The notes beneath the pieces were generated by a model. That model searched no databases. It was given only the letters and a program-made list of their open reading frames with translations, and was not told the DNA's origin. The position numbers were made by a program, and so were the translations under genes. From a virus (lineage: Duplodnaviria; Heunggongvirae; Uroviricota; Caudoviricetes), in the IMG/VR virus record IMGVR_UViG_3300021400_000025, positions 246,479 through 310,478 of that record: DNA of 64,000 bases. The stretch is one strand, 5' to 3'. Shown here in pieces: positions 61,107 to 64,000 of this stretch (the first letter of the stretch is position 1; each line of letters starts with the position of its first letter).

Positions 61107-61342
61107 ATGTCCTCCACATTCTTCATCCGATTGTTTTCATCGTCCCACTCGTCAACCTTTACCAACCTATTGTGCGCATCCTTGAAACTCATCCATACGC
61201 CTCGAACATGAACCTTGCCATCCCAAAAAGAAGCGACAACATATCCATCACCCAGAACCTCATCAACAATCCAAAGCATTCCCTTCTCGTTCCCAATCTC
61301 AACGAGAACATCGTTTTTCACGAACTCGTTCATTCCAATCAC
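61103..61342 (-). CDS. small beta-barrel-like protein (FxKxD family)
   Basis: FVKNDVLV...YVV...LVKVD. Confidence 0.6.
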   Translation of the reverse strand: MIGMNEFVKNDVLVEIGNEKGMLWIVDEVLGDGYVVASFWDGKVHVRGVWMSFKDAHNRLVKVDEWDDENNRMKNVEDI

Positions 61343-61560
61343 CTCTTGAATGGCACATGCCCGTAAAGCATCAGTTCGTCAGCGCTTCCTGGCACAATGA
61401 CCACCACCTTGATGTAGTGGCGGTCAGTCTCCTCCACCCACAGCATAGAGTCACCTCCACCCACCCAGCGGACGAAGTAATGCCTGTTGTCGGTTGAAAG
61501 CACATGCGCCATATGCTCTGACATTGGAATCTGAATCAAATCGTTTTTCTTGAACTTCAC
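61339..61560 (-). CDS. small beta-barrel-like protein (FxKxD family)
   Basis: FKKNDLIQ...YFV...HYIKV. Confidence 0.55.
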   Translation of the reverse strand: MKFKKNDLIQIPMSEHMAHVLSTDNRHYFVRWVGGGDSMLWVEETDRHYIKVVVIVPGSADELMLYGHVPFKR

Positions 61561-62249
61561 TTCGCATTTCCCTTCTTCTTGGACTGCTTGCCCTCTGCCT
61601 CGTCCATCATGGCTTCAATGTTCCGGGCGCGTTCCATGTATGTATCCACATTCTTGGCAATGTCCTCAATCGTCTTGTCAAGAAGCTCCCTGCACTTCAG
61701 CGCGTTCTCATGGTCTGCATTGATTTGCACAAGGAACTGCTCGTAGTCGGAGAGAATTTCCAACTTGACATTCGGAAAATACGTCTCAACCGTAGGAGTC
61801 TGAACCAGACTCTCAATGCCATGGGAATAGGTGTCATCGCCCTTGACCGGTTCAACATGGTTGAAAGATTTCCACTTGTAGGAGATGCGATGCTCGTCGT
61901 CGTTGATTGAGTCACGATGCGCAACAAACAAGCACTTGTCCGCATTCAGATTGAATAAGAACTGGATTCCACCTCTGACCCACACCCACGCAACGCGCTT
62001 GCTCATGTCCACCCATGAGAGATATACCCCGGTAAACGGGTTCTGGCATTTGTTGTCGCCGAGGGAATGCCATGTTATGTCACTGGGGAACCAGATTGAA
62101 TTCAACTTCTCAATGTCCTCGGCGACATCCATGAGGATTTTCAGCGTGTCCTCATGCCGATTGACGGCGAACTGGCGCATTCTGGCATAGTCCACATCAC
62201 ATGCCAACTGGCGCATTGACCTGATTCTGGAAATGAGATTCTTGTTCAC
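61557..62249 (-). CDS. hypothetical protein
   Basis: 230-aa ORF with RBS AAAGGAG. Confidence 0.7.
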   Translation of the reverse strand: MNKNLISRIRSMRQLACDVDYARMRQFAVNRHEDTLKILMDVAEDIEKLNSIWFPSDITWHSLGDNKCQNPFTGVYLSWVDMSKRVAWVWVRGGIQFLFNLNADKCLFVAHRDSINDDEHRISYKWKSFNHVEPVKGDDTYSHGIESLVQTPTVETYFPNVKLEILSDYEQFLVQINADHENALKCRELLDKTIEDIAKNVDTYMERARNIEAMMDEAEGKQSKKKGNAK

Positions 62250-62264
62250 TGTTTTCCAACTCCT

Positions 62265-62468
62265 TTACATGTAGACAACGCCAGTCTCCCAACTGCCCCA
62301 CAGACCTGCTGGAGGACGAATCAACTTGTAGCCCTTGCCGCACTTGTAGACGAAATCGGACGCGAACTTCTCTCCCTCCCACGAGCCGGTACCTGCCTTG
62401 GTGTGGCGGACAATCGTGCGCTGGGCAGTTTCCTTGTCAATGTCACGCAACGTCTTCGGAATAGCCAT
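62265..62468 (-). CDS. small hypothetical protein
   Basis: MAIPKTLRD... with RBS AAGGAG. Confidence 0.6.
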   Translation of the reverse strand: MAIPKTLRDIDKETAQRTIVRHTKAGTGSWEGEKFASDFVYKCGKGYKLIRPPAGLWGSWETGVVYM

Positions 62469-62487
62469 TGTTTTTCTCCTTTGCTTT

Positions 62488-62892
62488 TTACATGATGGCG
62501 AACCAGTCAAGAACATCCATAGTCCAGTCACCGCGCGTAAGCGGCTTCTCGAAATCGTTCTCATCACCCCACAGCTCAGCCTCTCCACGCCCATTGTTGG
62601 GGACAACAGTGTAAAGCACATCCCCCGTCTCCATGTCGCAGATGCGAAGGTCGTCATACAACTTGCCCACTCCAGGGCAGTTGTTCTTGAAAAACACATA
62701 ACACTTAGTGGGGTCAAACTTGGTGGTCTTGGTGCGGAGAATGCTCTTCAGACGGGAAAACAAGATCTTCGCCTTGTTCCTCAAAGACTCATCCTTGCAG
62801 AACCAGTCAAAGAAGCCATAGCAGTTGCCCTTGTTGAAAGCCTCGTCAAAGTCCATCTTGACGAGTTCAGAGATTGCGATTTCCTTTTCCAT
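62488..62892 (-). CDS. hypothetical phage protein
   Basis: FFDWFCKDESL...YVFFKNNCPGVGKLYDDLRICD; directly behind a promoter. Confidence 0.75.
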   Translation of the reverse strand: MEKEIAISELVKMDFDEAFNKGNCYGFFDWFCKDESLRNKAKILFSRLKSILRTKTTKFDPTKCYVFFKNNCPGVGKLYDDLRICDMETGDVLYTVVPNNGRGEAELWGDENDFEKPLTRGDWTMDVLDWFAIM

Positions 62893-62923
62893 TTCACTTC
62901 TCCTTGTTTGGTTGTTTGAATAC

Positions 62924-62952
62924 AGTATACCATTTTCCATCTGGATTGTCAA
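62924..62952 (-). promoter_or_regulatory. sigma70-type promoter
   Basis: TTGACA-17 bp-TATACT. Confidence 0.8.
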
Positions 62953-62958
62953 TGGGGT

Positions 62959-63582
62959 TCAGCACACAGACTTGTAGTCCGGAATGTATTGGGGAAGGTA
63001 CTTGTCCATGTACTTGTTCAGACCACGAAGGGTGAGGGTGATGTCAAGGGCAGGGATGAACGCCTCGTTGGACATGACCCCCTTCTTGTTGAGAGCCTTG
63101 AACGCGATGCGGATGCACTTGGCAGGCGAGTAGCCAAGGTTCAACGCCCAGTTGATCGTGGATTCAACCACGCCAACCACATCAACCCCACCATGGCGGG
63201 CGTTGAACTCGGCAAGCATCTCAGGGTGCTGCTTGCGAATGACATTGCGGGCGAAGTCAAGGACTTCCTTCTCGGTGGAATTGATGCAGCGGGAGCGGCA
63301 CCATGCGATGGTGCAATTGATGGTGTAATCGACATACTTGGCGTAGTCGACCTTCACCTCTCCCTCCGGCTTGTCTGTGACATCCTCGATGTAGTTGGGG
63401 TTGCACCACACGAAGCCCTTGTCAGGAGACCAGAGTTTGATGGTGGTGGAGGAAATCCAACCACCACGGCCACTCCAGCCAGGGAGCTGGTAGCTGGTGG
63501 TACGCTCAGTGTTGCCAATCCAATAGGCAAACCCACGGAACTTGCGACCCTTGTTGATCACCACAGGCTTAAACTTCTCCAT
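62959..63582 (-). CDS. hypothetical protein
   Basis: 207 aa with RBS AAGGAG. Confidence 0.75.
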   Translation of the reverse strand: MEKFKPVVINKGRKFRGFAYWIGNTERTTSYQLPGWSGRGGWISSTTIKLWSPDKGFVWCNPNYIEDVTDKPEGEVKVDYAKYVDYTINCTIAWCRSRCINSTEKEVLDFARNVIRKQHPEMLAEFNARHGGVDVVGVVESTINWALNLGYSPAKCIRIAFKALNKKGVMSNEAFIPALDITLTLRGLNKYMDKYLPQYIPDYKSVC

Positions 63583-63664
63583 ATCATCTTCTCCTTATGA
63601 AGGACTCGAAGGGGGGGGAGGATTCCCACCATGGGAATCAGGCTTCTTCCCTCGCAACACCTAT

Positions 63665-63693
63665 ATTATACCACAATTCTGGATTCAGCGCAA
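63665..63693 (-). promoter_or_regulatory. sigma70-type promoter
   Basis: TTGCGC-17 bp-TATAAT with TGTGG. Confidence 0.65.
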
Positions 63694-63763
63694 GGGGGAT
63701 CAAACAAAAAGATGACCAAAAGATAATTGGTCATCTTGTTCATGATTATGTGGTTTTTTGCGA

Positions 63764-63958
63764 TTATGCCGGATTTGCCCACGAAATCGTGAAGTTGTAT
63801 TGGATGGTGCCGGCATTGCGCCCATAAGGAGGCGTTGATTGCTCAAACCCCAAGATCTGGAATCCATGTGCGCGATACCAATCAAGGATATGCTGGATGT
63901 TCACCCAATCATTCTGAATCACAGTGAATGTGACGTTCGTGGAAAAACCACCCCTCAT
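63764..63958 (-). CDS. small hypothetical protein (may start beyond the window edge)
   Basis: 64-aa ORF near the window end. Confidence 0.35.
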   Translation of the reverse strand: MRGGFSTNVTFTVIQNDWVNIQHILDWYRAHGFQILGFEQSTPPYGRNAGTIQYNFTISWANPA

Positions 63959-64000
63959 TGCTTCAGTCTTGATTCTGTTGTTGAGAGCCCTGATGTGGTC

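Noticed and set aside
1-64000. TGA reassignment, or a cellular (bacterial) origin for the window
   Set aside because: TGA is the commonest true stop, often in ATGA overlaps. Gene content (gp25, many small orphan genes, T4-like late motif) and the lack of housekeeping operons indicate a phage.

Overview
This window is part of a large (jumbo-type, T4-like/myovirus-style) bacteriophage genome, coded almost entirely on the minus strand. The main signal is stop-codon reassignment. At least 45 in-frame TAG codons break 13 otherwise continuous genes, and two internal alignments point to TAG=Gln (genetic code 15). The window also encodes its own amber (CUA) suppressor tRNA with an atypical core at 22136-22208. 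TAG-containing genes mostly sit downstream of a recurring GTAAATA late-promoter-like motif. They include a 1701-aa virion-like protein, baseplate-like proteins around a gp25 homolog, glycosyltransferases, a PEP-CTERM protein and a holin-associated-like protein. The many small genes behind consensus sigma70 promoters contain no internal TAG, so they read correctly in either code. Other content: an IS605-family TnpB element, LemA, a radical SAM protein, PTH2, two ART-fold proteins, a thioredoxin/FTR-like fusion, a PD-(D/E)xK nuclease, an AEP-like protein, two Tat-signal proteins and a tandem array of seven paralogous unknown genes. The PEP-CTERM, Tat and LRR genes suggest a diderm host, possibly PVC superphylum (inference). 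All product calls come from recognising motifs by eye; no database searches were run.
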